NCBI GenBank assembly: GCA_965368975.1
Contig: CBDUPA010000008.1
Location: 96,001 to 160,000, forward strand
DNA from: an uncultured bacterium
Lineage (GTDB): Bacteria; Acidobacteriota; Thermoanaerobaculia; Multivoradales; JAHZIX01
Direction: 5' to 3'
DNA: 64,000 bases
Below, in pieces: positions 1 through 12,201 of this stretch. How positions within the stretch are numbered: the first letter of the stretch is position 1; every line of letters begins with the position of its first letter. Made by a program: the position numbers and the translations under genes. Below the pieces are notes generated by a model, which ran no database searches, had not been told where the DNA came from, and worked only from the letters and a program-made list of their open reading frames with translations.

Positions 1-128
1 ACATCGAAGGCGGCGTAGACGGTGATCGGTTCGAGCAGCTGCAGCAAGCGCGGGACCACGATGGTTGCGGAGCGGCCCGCGGTCTCGGCAAGGTCGGCGA
101 AGAAGTCGGCTTGGTAGGGGGTGCGCAC
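1..128 (-). CDS. 5' part of a probable class I SAM-dependent methyltransferase (runs off window)
   Basis: Own translation from GTG at 128: MRTPYQADFFADLAETAGRSATIVVPRLLQLLEPITVYAAFDV, resembling the N-terminus leading into motif I (DxGCGxG). TATACT lies 6 nt upstream (135-140). Confidence 0.5.
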   Translation of the reverse strand, partial: MRTPYQADFFADLAETAGRSATIVVPRLLQLLEPITVYAAFD

Positions 129-324
129 GTGCTGAGTATAGCCTTCCTCGTCCCTGGGCAGATTGCCGTGCAGATTGCTGTGTAGGCGGCTGGCAGGTGG
201 CTGGCTGGTGGCTTGGGATTCGAGCGGCAAATGCGCTAAGGTTGCGGCTCGTCCGGGCCGCCTCGGCGCCCGCCTCCCGACTGCCAGAACGGCGTAACTT
301 CCAGACCCTCCAGAGTTTCCAACC

Positions 325-1902
325 ATGTCTGAGCTCGACGAACAAATCCAGAATCGCCGTGACAAGCGCCGAGCCCTGCTCGACGCCGGCATCGCACCCT
401 ATCCGCCGCGCGCTGCGTTCGACAGCGAGCCGAGCAAGATTCGGGCAGCGCACGAAGACAAGACCGCCGAGGCACTGGAAGCCGAGGCGCCGGTGGCGCG
501 CGTCCCCGGCCGGCTGCAGGCGCTGCGCAAGCACGGCAAGATCTACTTCCTGGATCTCTACGACGGCCAGGCGAAATTGCAGGTGCTGGTGCGCCGCAAC
601 AAGCTGGAGGAAGCGGCGCAGACGGCGCTCGAACACCTGGATCTGGGCGACTATGTGGGCGTGGTCGGCACCGTCGGCCGCTCGCGCGCTGGGGAACTGA
701 CGCTCTTCGCTGACAACCTGACCCTGCTGGCCAAGGCCTTGCGGCCGCTGCCGGAGAAATTCCACGGCTTGACCGACGTCGAGGCGCGCTACCGCCTCCG
801 CTATCTCGACCTGGTGAGCAACCTGGAGTCGCGGCGCGTCTTCGAGACGCGGGCCAAGCTGATCCGCGGCATCCGCACCATTCTCGAGCGCAACGACTTT
901 CTAGAAGTCGAGACGCCGATGATGCACACGCTACCAGGTGGTGCCTCGGCGCGGCCGTTCGTCACCCACCACAACGCGCTCGACCTGCCGCTCTACCTGC
1001 GCGTCGCGCCCGAGCTGTTCTTGAAGCGGCTGCTGGTTGGCGGCCTGCACCGGGTGTACGAGATCAATCGGAACTTCCGCAACGAGGGCCTGTCGACCCA
1101 GCACAATCCCGAGTTCACCATGCTCGAGTTCTACTGGGCCTACTCGGACTACCAGCAGCTGATGGATTTCACCGAGGCCATGATCGCTGAGCTGGCCGAG
1201 CTGGTGCGCGCCGGCCAGTCGCGGGAAGGCGGGGCGACCGAGTTTCCGTGGAAGGGCGAGACGCTGAGCCTGGCGCGACCGTACCGCCGGCTGACCATGC
1301 GCGGTGCGCTGGCCGAGGTCGCGGGCGTCGACGAAGCGCGGCTCGACACCTTGGAGGGGCTGCAAGCGGAATTGGCCGAGCGTCACCTGCCGCCGCCGCC
1401 GGCCCCGACCTACGGACACTTGCTCATGCACCTGTTCGAAGAACTGGTCGAGGGGCAGTTGCAGCAGCCGACCTTTATCTACGACTACCCAGTCGAGATT
1501 TCACCGCTGGCCAAGCAGTCGGCCGACGATCCGCGTTTCACCGAGCGTTTCGAGCTGTACTTGGGCGGTATGGAGATCGCCAACGCTTTCAGTGAGCTCA
1601 ATGATCCAGAAGTGCAGGCCGAGCGCTTCCGCCAGCAGCTGGAAGCGCGTCAGCACGGCGACGACGAGGCCCACCGCTTCGACGAAGACTACGTGCGCGC
1701 GATGGAGCACGGCATGCCGCCGGCCGGCGGCCTCGGCCTCGGTATCGACCGGCTGACCATGCTACTCACCGGTCGCGAGTCGATCCGCGACGTGATCCTC
1801 TTCCCGCTGCTCAAGCCGGAGGCGGCCCCGCCGGGGGCGCCACAGCCAGAGGCGCCTGCGCCGGCTTCAGGAACCGAGGCGGAACCGGAGGACGCTTCCT
1901 GA
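325..1902 (+). CDS. lysS: Lysine--tRNA ligase (class II)
   Basis: OB-fold N-terminus; RYRLRYLDL, motif 2 YEINRNFRNEG...HNPEFTMLEFY, motif 3 GMPPAGGLGLGIDRLTMLL. Confidence 0.97.
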   Translation: MSELDEQIQNRRDKRRALLDAGIAPYPPRAAFDSEPSKIRAAHEDKTAEALEAEAPVARVPGRLQALRKHGKIYFLDLYDGQAKLQVLVRRNKLEEAAQTALEHLDLGDYVGVVGTVGRSRAGELTLFADNLTLLAKALRPLPEKFHGLTDVEARYRLRYLDLVSNLESRRVFETRAKLIRGIRTILERNDFLEVETPMMHTLPGGASARPFVTHHNALDLPLYLRVAPELFLKRLLVGGLHRVYEINRNFRNEGLSTQHNPEFTMLEFYWAYSDYQQLMDFTEAMIAELAELVRAGQSREGGATEFPWKGETLSLARPYRRLTMRGALAEVAGVDEARLDTLEGLQAELAERHLPPPPAPTYGHLLMHLFEELVEGQLQQPTFIYDYPVEISPLAKQSADDPRFTERFELYLGGMEIANAFSELNDPEVQAERFRQQLEARQHGDDEAHRFDEDYVRAMEHGMPPAGGLGLGIDRLTMLLTGRESIRDVILFPLLKPEAAPPGAPQPEAPAPASGTEAEPEDAS

Positions 1903-1928
1903 GTGGCGACGGCTCCAAGGACCAGGAA

Positions 1929-3212
1929 GTGAGCGTTGCCGGTCAGGTGGCCGCGCCGCGGATGTCCTGGCTCTGGCGGCGACGCACGCCCTTCGTCGTC
2001 CTACTAGCCGTGCGCTACCTGCGCTCGACCCGGCGTGACGCCTTTGCCAGCTTCCTATCGCTGGTCGCCACTCTCGGGATCGCCGTCGGTGTGGCGGCTC
2101 TGATCGTGGTCATGGCCGCGCTCGCGGGGCTGCATCAACTCTTGATGGCGCAGGTGCTCGCCGGCACGCCTCAGGTCGAGATCCGGCTGCCGGACGCGAC
2201 GATGGAGCAGGCGCAGGCGGTGGCTGCCGGGCTGGCCCGTCGCGATGACGTCGACTTTGCCGGGGTGCAGGTGCAAGGACAGGGCTGGCTGGTGCTCGAT
2301 GGCAGCGCTCGACCCGTGCGCTTGGTCGGCTATGAGGGCGCGCTGCCTCCGTCCTTCCCGGACCCGATCCGGGACTCCGAGCTGGAGGGCGTCTACCTGC
2401 CGGTCGATCTCGCCCTGCGCCACGGCCTGCACGGCGACGATCGCGTGACGTTGGTGTCGCCCCGGCCGACTTTGACACCGTTGGGGCCCCAGCCGCGGCG
2501 CCGCAGCCTGCGACTGGCCGGCACCTACCAGAGCTATGCCGTCGAGAGCGACGCCCGCATCGCCTTGCCACTGGCGGCCGCGCGTTCGTTGCTCGGAGAA
2601 AGTGGCCGGCGGATCGAAGTCACGGCGACCGGGGGAGCGGATCGGGCGCTCGAGTTGGCGCCGCGTTTGGCCGCCTTGCTGGGTTCGTCTGTGGCGCAGA
2701 CGCTGGATGACGCCCTCGACGCCACCGCCACCGCGACGGCCGAGGTGCGCAGTTGGCGCGACCTCAACCGCTCGCTGCACTTCGTGCTGCGCCTGGAAAA
2801 AGCCCTGTTGTTCGTCGCTGGTGGGCTGATCGTGCTGGTGGCGTCGCTGGCACTGGTGGTTGACCTCGGCCTGCTGATCGCCGCCAAGCGCTCGGAGCTG
2901 GGGGTCCTGGGCACGCTCGGTGCGACCCCTGCGCAGTTGCGTCGAGCCTTCCTGTTGCTCGGCAGCCTGCTCGCTGCTGCTGGCATCGGGCTCGGCTTCG
3001 CCACCGGCACGCTCGGCGCCTGGGCCGCCGACCACTACCAGTTGTTGGCGGTTCCAGGCAAAGTCATGTTTGTCGAACACATCCCATTCCGGCTGCGTGG
3101 CGAGGATCTCTTGCTCGTGCTCGCCAGCGCTTCCGCCCTCGTGTTAGGGGCTTCGTGGGCAGCGGCCGGGCGGGTGGCACGCCTGCGCCCGGTGGAGGCA
3201 CTGCGTGTTTAA
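1929..3212 (+). CDS. Lipoprotein-releasing ABC transporter permease (LolC/E, MacB/FtsX family)
   Basis: AVRYLRS...GIAVGVAALIVVMA N-terminal TM, periplasmic domain, KRSELGVLGTLGAT, C-terminal LRPVEALR; adjacent to LolD. Start uncertain. Confidence 0.88.
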   Translation: MSVAGQVAAPRMSWLWRRRTPFVVLLAVRYLRSTRRDAFASFLSLVATLGIAVGVAALIVVMAALAGLHQLLMAQVLAGTPQVEIRLPDATMEQAQAVAAGLARRDDVDFAGVQVQGQGWLVLDGSARPVRLVGYEGALPPSFPDPIRDSELEGVYLPVDLALRHGLHGDDRVTLVSPRPTLTPLGPQPRRRSLRLAGTYQSYAVESDARIALPLAAARSLLGESGRRIEVTATGGADRALELAPRLAALLGSSVAQTLDDALDATATATAEVRSWRDLNRSLHFVLRLEKALLFVAGGLIVLVASLALVVDLGLLIAAKRSELGVLGTLGATPAQLRRAFLLLGSLLAAAGIGLGFATGTLGAWAADHYQLLAVPGKVMFVEHIPFRLRGEDLLLVLASASALVLGASWAAAGRVARLRPVEALRV

Positions 3213-3261
3213 TGCACGCTCCGCGTGCGGGGTGTCTAATGGATCTTGAGAGGAGCTACGC

Positions 3262-4023
3262 ATGAGCGTCGCCATCCGCGCTCGCGGGCTGTACAAGACG
3301 TATCGTGACGGCGCTGCCCGCGTCGAGGTGCTGCGGGGCATCGACCTGGACGTCGACTCCGGTGAGTTGCTGGCGATCGTGGGGCCGTCGGGCTCTGGCA
3401 AGAGCACGCTGTTGCACCTACTCGGCGGGTTGGATCGTCCGGATGCCGCCTCGCAGCAGAGCGCGGGCGAAGGCCCCAGTATCGACGTCGGAGGGCAGCG
3501 GCTCGACCTGATGAGAGACAGTGAACTGGCCGCTTTCCGCAACCGCAACGTCGGCTTCGTCTTTCAGTTCCACCAGCTACTGCCCGACTTCACAGCGCTC
3601 GAGAACGTCATGCTGCCCGGACGCATCGCTGGCCGTGGCGCCGGGCTGGAGCCGCGTGCGGTGCTCGAGGGGGCGCTCCAGTTGCTGGATGAGGTGGGCC
3701 TGAGTGATCGGCTGGATCACTATCCTTCCGAACTCTCCGGTGGAGAGCGTCAGCGCGTGGCCCTGTGCCGGGCCCTGGCCCTGGAACCGCCGTTGCTGCT
3801 CGCTGACGAGCCGACCGGCAACCTGGATCCGGCCAGCGGTGCGCGTGTTCTCGACCTCTTGGTGGATCTGCAGGAGCGCCGCGGGACCACCGTGGTGCTG
3901 GTCACGCACAACCCGGAGATCGCAGGCCGGTGTGCTAAACTGCGCACCCTGGAACGCGGAAAGTTGTTCGCCATCGAGCCCGGCCAGGCAGCCGACAGCG
4001 AACTCCGTTCAGCCGATGGCTAA
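3262..4023 (+). CDS. lolD: Lipoprotein-releasing ABC transporter ATP-binding protein
   Basis: Walker A GPSGSGKST, GFVFQFHQLLPDFTALENV, LSGGERQRVA, LLADEPTGNLD; GAGG RBS. Confidence 0.92.
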   Translation: MSVAIRARGLYKTYRDGAARVEVLRGIDLDVDSGELLAIVGPSGSGKSTLLHLLGGLDRPDAASQQSAGEGPSIDVGGQRLDLMRDSELAAFRNRNVGFVFQFHQLLPDFTALENVMLPGRIAGRGAGLEPRAVLEGALQLLDEVGLSDRLDHYPSELSGGERQRVALCRALALEPPLLLADEPTGNLDPASGARVLDLLVDLQERRGTTVVLVTHNPEIAGRCAKLRTLERGKLFAIEPGQAADSELRSADG

Positions 4024-4053
4024 CTACTGACGGCTAGGCCGCGCAAGGACGCT

Positions 4054-6480
<2,427 letters not shown>

Positions 6481-6628
6481 ACGGGCCCCATTGAACCATT
6501 CCAGCCGGCAATAATCCTTCCCGGTGATGCGTTGGAGGCACTGAGGTTTCCTTCTGGGGGGTTTCCTCTTGCCGGCGAGTCGGATAGATTCGGCGGCGTT
6601 GCCGTCCTCACGAGGCACAAAAGATCCA

Positions 6629-9088
6629 ATGATGAAGCGACTTGCCTTGCAGCTGAAGCGATCCCCCTTTGTCCGCGGCCTGGCCCTGGTCGTGGTCTTG
6701 CTGTGCCTGACGCAGCCCTACAGCGTCGGAGGGCAGCAGGATTTCGAGGGGCAGCCGATCGCGCAGATCGAGTTTCAGGGCAATGACAGCCTCGCCGAAG
6801 ATACGCTCCTCTTCTACCTCGGACTCGAAATCGGCCAGCCGCTCGACCAGCGTCAGCTCAACGCGAGCATCCGTGAGCTGTGGACCACCGAGCTGATCGA
6901 CGATGTGCGCGTCGAGGCCTTCTCGCAGGGCAGCGATGGCGTGCGCCTGGTGATCACCGTGACCGAGCGCCAGGTACTGCGCTCGGTCGAGTATGTCGGG
7001 CTGAAGCGACTCAACCGTACCGACATCGAAGAGCGCATCGCCGCGGACCGCATCCAGGTGTACGAGGGGGCGCCCGTGCGCCTGGGTGAACTGCGACGGC
7101 TCGAGACCTCGATCGAGGAGATGTACCGCGAGCAAGGCTACCGATTCGCCGATGCCAGCTATGTGCTGGAAGCCGCCACTACCACCGAGAAGCGGGTGAT
7201 CTTCACCATTGACGAGGGCAACCGGGTGCGTATCGAAGACATTCGCTTCGAGGGCAACACGGTGTTTCCGGACTGGCGCCTGGGCCTGGTGATGAAGGAG
7301 ACCAAGGAGTCGAACCTGGTCTGGCGTCTGGCCAAGAAGGACATCTACAATCCGGCGCGGTTGCAGGAAGACCTGGAGAATATCCGCGAGGCCTACCGCA
7401 AGCAGGGCTACAAGAACATCACCATCGGCGAGCCGGTGATCGAGGTGCGGGCGCTGCGCCCGAACGCCGCCGATCCCGAGGACCAGCGCCGCCGCATGTT
7501 CGTCACGATCCCGATCGAGGAAGGCGAGCGCTGGAAGTTCGGCGAAGTAACGATCGAAGGCAACGACAAGTACACCGACTCACAGTTGCTGCGTGCCTTC
7601 GAGATCGGTAGCGGTGATTGGTTGCGCTCGAAGAAGGTCGACGAAGCGGTGACGGCGATCGACGACATCTACAAGAACACCGGCTACATCGGTGCGCGTG
7701 TCGAGCCCGAGTTGGTCGAACGCGAGGACCGCGTCGCTGATCTGGTCGTGCACGTCTACGAGGGGGACCAGTTCCGCATCGGTCGCATCGACATCGAAGG
7801 CAACACGCGCACGATGGACAAGGTGCTGCGTCGCGAACTGCAGGTGCAGGAAGGTCTGGTGCTGAGCCTGCGCTCGGTGCAGAACAGCTTGCTCAAGATT
7901 CGCCAGCTCGGCTACTTCGATGTCGACGCCGAGGAACCGGTGCAGATCGTCAACGTCGACGAAGAGAACAACACCATCGACCTGATCATCAAGGGCGAAG
8001 AGGCGGACCGCACCGAACTGCAGTTCGGCGGCGGTTGGAGTGAGGTCGACGGCTTCTTCGGCCAGATCTCGCTGCGGACCAAGAACTTCATGGGGCGCGG
8101 CGAGAGTCTCGGCTTCTCGTACCAGAGTGGTCGCTTCCGCGACTACCTCGATCTCTCCTACTTCGTGCCGTGGTTCCTCGATCGCCGGCAGTCGATCGGC
8201 GTGCAGCTGTTCCGTCGCGACGAGGACTTCGACCTACTGACTACCCAAGAACTGGAGCGCGAGCGCACCGGCGGCTCGGTCACTTATGGTCGTAACTTCG
8301 GTCTGTTCAGCTCGATCAGCTTGACCGGTACCTATGCCGAGTTCGTCGACCGCAGTTCCTTCCAGGACTTCGAGCGCGATGAGAACGGCGAGTTGATCCT
8401 GGATGACGAAGGCAATCCGACTCCGCTCACCATCTCCTCGGAGTTGGAGTTCATCAACGCCTCGCTGCGCCCGGCCTACCTCTACAACAGCATCGACAGT
8501 CCGTTCGAGCCCACGCGCGGCCAGCGTTTCCAGCTCAGCGCCGAAGTCGCCAGCAGCGCGCTTGGCGGTACCCAGGACTACGTTGAAGGTCAGTTCGCGT
8601 ACCAGTTGTTCAAGCCGGTGACCCAGGGTCGCATCAAGACCGTCTTTGGTGGACGCGTCCGGGCCGGCTACATCGCGCCCTATGACGACTACGAGCTGTC
8701 GCGTCTCGACCGCTTCTACCTGGGCGGCGAAAACAGTGTGCGCGGCTTTGGCTTCCGCACCATCTGGGCGCGCGACGAGGACGGCAACCTGCTCAACGAT
8801 GAGCTCGGTTTCCCGCTCGGTGGCGACAAGCTGGTACAGCTGAACCTGGAGTATCACTTTGTGCTCGGTGGCCCTTTCCGCGTCGTGGCGTTCGCCGACG
8901 CCGGCGGTGTCTTCACCGAGGACCAGAACTTCAACGAGGCTGCGATGCGCTACAGTGCCGGCGTCGAGATGCGCGTCATGGTGCCGCTCTTCGGCGCTCC
9001 CTTGCGCTTTATCTACAGCCAGAACCTGCGGCCCTACGACGACGACGAGTTCCGCAGCTTCGACTTCACGATCGGCGCGAGTTTCTAG
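6629..9088 (+). CDS. bamA: Outer membrane protein assembly factor BamA
   Basis: Signal peptide, POTRA repeats, FYLGGENSVRGF, terminal Phe (FTIGASF). Start moved to ATG 6629. Confidence 0.95.
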   Translation: MMKRLALQLKRSPFVRGLALVVVLLCLTQPYSVGGQQDFEGQPIAQIEFQGNDSLAEDTLLFYLGLEIGQPLDQRQLNASIRELWTTELIDDVRVEAFSQGSDGVRLVITVTERQVLRSVEYVGLKRLNRTDIEERIAADRIQVYEGAPVRLGELRRLETSIEEMYREQGYRFADASYVLEAATTTEKRVIFTIDEGNRVRIEDIRFEGNTVFPDWRLGLVMKETKESNLVWRLAKKDIYNPARLQEDLENIREAYRKQGYKNITIGEPVIEVRALRPNAADPEDQRRRMFVTIPIEEGERWKFGEVTIEGNDKYTDSQLLRAFEIGSGDWLRSKKVDEAVTAIDDIYKNTGYIGARVEPELVEREDRVADLVVHVYEGDQFRIGRIDIEGNTRTMDKVLRRELQVQEGLVLSLRSVQNSLLKIRQLGYFDVDAEEPVQIVNVDEENNTIDLIIKGEEADRTELQFGGGWSEVDGFFGQISLRTKNFMGRGESLGFSYQSGRFRDYLDLSYFVPWFLDRRQSIGVQLFRRDEDFDLLTTQELERERTGGSVTYGRNFGLFSSISLTGTYAEFVDRSSFQDFERDENGELILDDEGNPTPLTISSELEFINASLRPAYLYNSIDSPFEPTRGQRFQLSAEVASSALGGTQDYVEGQFAYQLFKPVTQGRIKTVFGGRVRAGYIAPYDDYELSRLDRFYLGGENSVRGFGFRTIWARDEDGNLLNDELGFPLGGDKLVQLNLEYHFVLGGPFRVVAFADAGGVFTEDQNFNEAAMRYSAGVEMRVMVPLFGAPLRFIYSQNLRPYDDDEFRSFDFTIGASF

Positions 9089-9238
9089 CCCGTCTCCGGG
9101 GTGCGAAACGCACGCTGACACCTTCGCACAGCACGGCCCCGGTCTGCCCACATACGAGTGGGCCGGCCGATCACCGATTCAGACCTCATCGAACCGGCCT
9201 GTCACGTGGCCGCAACCGTCTTCAAGGAGAACCCCGGT

Positions 9239-9781
9239 ATGTCCCGAACTCGTGTTCTGTCCCGCCGTTGTCTCACCGTTCTCGCTCTGACCGCCATGCT
9301 CGGCAGTGCGCCCGTCCTGCTGGCTCAGGCCCCCAAGATCGCCGTGATCGACGTCCAGCGCGTGCTCGCCGAATCGAATTCCGGCAAGGAAGTGCAGGCG
9401 CAACTCGAAACTCTGCGCACGCAGAAGCGCACCGAGTTGGAAGGTCGCCAGCAGGAGCTGCGCGACTTGCAGGCCCGTATCTCCGAGCAGCAGCTGTCCC
9501 TGGCCCCCGACAAGCTCCAGGAGCTGCGCAAGGAACTCGAAGACAAGGCGATCGCCTTCGAACGGGCGCAGAACGACGCCAATCGTGAACTGCAACAGCG
9601 TGGCGAAAACCTGGTCGGCCAGATGGAGCAGCGCATCATTCCGCTGATCGACACCATTGGCCGTGAACAGGGCTACACCCTGATCTTCAACAAGTTCCAG
9701 AGCGGTCTGTTGTTCGCGGCCGATTCGGTCGATATCACCAGTATGGTGATCGAGCGCATGAACGCCGCCTCTGGCGGCTGA
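9239..9781 (+). CDS. skp: OmpH/Skp periplasmic chaperone
   Basis: Signal peptide then KIAVIDVQRVL, coiled coil, VDITSMVIERMN; AAGGAG RBS before ATG 9239; between bamA and lpxD. Confidence 0.92.
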   Translation: MSRTRVLSRRCLTVLALTAMLGSAPVLLAQAPKIAVIDVQRVLAESNSGKEVQAQLETLRTQKRTELEGRQQELRDLQARISEQQLSLAPDKLQELRKELEDKAIAFERAQNDANRELQQRGENLVGQMEQRIIPLIDTIGREQGYTLIFNKFQSGLLFAADSVDITSMVIERMNAASGG

Positions 9782-9812
9782 TCTTTTCGCTCTCCAGCCG
9801 GAGCCATCAGCG

Positions 9813-10883
9813 ATGACCAGCTACCGTTTGCAAGAGCTGGCCGACCTGGTCGAGGGACGTGTGCAAGGCGATGTCGCCCGCGAGGTGACGTCGGTCAACA
9901 CGCTTGCGACCGCAGGCCCGCACGAACTCTCCTTCCTGTCCGACAGCCGCTACCGGGCGCAGGCCAATGCCAGCCTCGCCGGTGCCGTCATGGTGTCGGA
10001 GGCGATGGTGGAGGCGGGCTTGCAGCTGACCAGCGCGGACGGCTCGGCGAAAGACCTGCTGGTGGTCGACGACCCGGCCATGCGCATGACCACCCTGGTG
10101 CGCATGTTCTTCCCGCCGCACGGGCGTGACGCCGGTATCGACCCCACCGCGGTGATCGAGGCCGGCTGTGACGTGCACGCCACCGCGCACATCGGTCCTT
10201 ACGTGGTGATCGGTGCCGGCAGCCGAATCGGTGCCGGCGCCGTGGTCCACGCGTCGGTGGTGATCGGCCGTGGTTGCCGGGTGGGGGAGCGCTGCGTGCT
10301 GCATCCGCATGTGGTGCTCTACGACGACACCGAACTCGGCGAGGGCGTCGAAGTACATGCCGGCACGACCCTGGGGAGCGATGGCTTTGGTTACACGACA
10401 CGCGGCGGGGTGCACCACAAAGTGCCGCAGGTCGGCAGGGTGGTGGTCGAGCCGAATGTCGAGATCGGTGCCAACAGCGTGGTCGATCGTGCTACCTTCG
10501 GGGAGACTCGCATCGGTACCGGGACCAAGATCGACAACCTCGTGCAGATCGGTCACAACGTACAAGTAGGCCGTTCCTGTATCCTCTGTGGCCAGGCTGG
10601 TGTTGCCGGCAGCAGTCATCTGGGAGATGGTGTCGTCTTGGCGGGGCAGGTCGGTGTCGCCGATCACTGCAAGATCAGCGCTGGCACCCAGGTCGCCGCC
10701 AAGTCCGCGGTTCTGCAGGACATCGAAGGCCTGAAGGTCGTCGGCGGTATCCCGGCAGGCGATCTACGCGAGTGGCAGCGGCAGCAAGTTGGGTTGCGCA
10801 GGCTCCAGGATCTCGGCCGCCGGCTGAGGGCGATGGAGCAGGCTTTGGATGAGTTGAAGGAACGGACGGAGGACGAGAGTTGA
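9813..10883 (+). CDS. lpxD: UDP-3-O-acyl-glucosamine N-acyltransferase
   Basis: Hexapeptide repeats, GSDGFGY, KIDNLVQIGHNV. Confidence 0.96.
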   Translation: MTSYRLQELADLVEGRVQGDVAREVTSVNTLATAGPHELSFLSDSRYRAQANASLAGAVMVSEAMVEAGLQLTSADGSAKDLLVVDDPAMRMTTLVRMFFPPHGRDAGIDPTAVIEAGCDVHATAHIGPYVVIGAGSRIGAGAVVHASVVIGRGCRVGERCVLHPHVVLYDDTELGEGVEVHAGTTLGSDGFGYTTRGGVHHKVPQVGRVVVEPNVEIGANSVVDRATFGETRIGTGTKIDNLVQIGHNVQVGRSCILCGQAGVAGSSHLGDGVVLAGQVGVADHCKISAGTQVAAKSAVLQDIEGLKVVGGIPAGDLREWQRQQVGLRRLQDLGRRLRAMEQALDELKERTEDES

Positions 10884-11359
10884 GCGAGGCGAAAGAGACG
10901 AAGCATCCCGTGGACGCCGACGGCGTCGAGATGGACAGCCGTTGGATCCAGAACATGCTGCCGCATCGCTATCCGCTGTTGCTGGTGGATCGTGTCCTGG
11001 AACTGGTGCCGCACAAGCGGATCGTGGCGATCAAGAATGTCACCATCAACGACCAGTTTTTCAATGGCCACTTTCCGGGCCACCCGGTCATGCCCGGTGT
11101 GTTGATCATCGAAGGTATGGCGCAGACTGGTGGCATTCTGATGGTCAGCGCCTATGAGGATCGCGACCAGACTCTGCCGTATTTCCTGGGCATCGACAAG
11201 GCACGCTTCCGCCGCCCCGTGGTGCCAGGGGACCAACTGCGCTACGAGATCGATGTGCTGCGCGAGCGTCGGCGGTACTCGCAGGTCGAAGCCAAAGCGA
11301 TCGTCAATGGCAAGGTCGTGTGCGAAGCTCTGCTGTCGTCCGGAGTCGTGGAGCGCTGA
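10880..11359 (+). CDS. fabZ: 3-hydroxyacyl-ACP dehydratase
   Basis: LPHRYPLLLVDRV and FFNGHFPGHPVMPGVLIIEGMAQ. Confidence 0.96.
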   Translation: MSEAKETKHPVDADGVEMDSRWIQNMLPHRYPLLLVDRVLELVPHKRIVAIKNVTINDQFFNGHFPGHPVMPGVLIIEGMAQTGGILMVSAYEDRDQTLPYFLGIDKARFRRPVVPGDQLRYEIDVLRERRRYSQVEAKAIVNGKVVCEALLSSGVVER

Positions 11360-12201
11360 TGGCTCGCGAGATCCATCCCTCTGCCGTGGTCGATGCCAGC
11401 GCCGAGTTGGCGGACGGGGTGCGTGTCGGGCCGAATGCGGTGATCGGTGCCAAGGTGGTGATCGGTGAAGGCACCGAGATCGGTGCCGGTGCCCAGGTCT
11501 ACGGGCCGACCGTGCTGGGACGCGAGAACCACGTCTTTCCGATGGCCGCCATCGGCTTCGAACCACAGGATTTGAAGTTCGCCGGTGAAGAAACGCGCCT
11601 GGAGGTGGGCGACCGCAACCAGTTTCGCGAGTTCTGCACGATCCACCGGGGTACCGGCAAGGGCGGTGGCGTCACCACCATCGGTGACGACAACCTCTTC
11701 ATGGTCTACAGCCACGTGGCGCACGACTGCCATGTCGGTAGTCGTACCGTGTTCGCCAACTGCGCCACGCTGGCCGGTCACGTGAATATCGAAGACGACG
11801 TCTCGATCAGCGCCTTTTCCGCGGTGCACCAGTTCTGCCGCGTCGGCCGACACGCTTATATTGGCGGCTATACCGTGCTGACCATGGATGCCTTGCCGTA
11901 CGTCAAGACCGTGGGCGGCAAGCCACTGTACTACGGACTCAACAGCATTGGACTGCGACGCAAGGGCGTAGCGAACGAGAGCATTCGCGCCCTCAAGGCG
12001 GCGCTCAAGCTGTTCACCGGCAGCGGGCTGAACACCACGCAGGCACTCGAACGTATGCGCGCCGAACACGGCGACGACGAGCACGTTGCGCACCTGATCG
12101 CCTTTGTCGAAGCCGCCGAGCGCGGTGTCGTCAAGGCACTGCCCGGTCAGCGCACGACAGCACGCGGCGGTGAGGCTCGCGGTGGAGAGGACGCTGGCTG
12201 A
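11359..12201 (+). CDS. lpxA: Acyl-ACP--UDP-N-acetylglucosamine O-acyltransferase
   Basis: Hexapeptide repeats, PQDLKF, HVAHDC, LAGHV, VHQFCRVG; ATG overlaps the fabZ stop (TGATG). Confidence 0.96.
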   Translation: MAREIHPSAVVDASAELADGVRVGPNAVIGAKVVIGEGTEIGAGAQVYGPTVLGRENHVFPMAAIGFEPQDLKFAGEETRLEVGDRNQFREFCTIHRGTGKGGGVTTIGDDNLFMVYSHVAHDCHVGSRTVFANCATLAGHVNIEDDVSISAFSAVHQFCRVGRHAYIGGYTVLTMDALPYVKTVGGKPLYYGLNSIGLRRKGVANESIRALKAALKLFTGSGLNTTQALERMRAEHGDDEHVAHLIAFVEAAERGVVKALPGQRTTARGGEARGGEDAG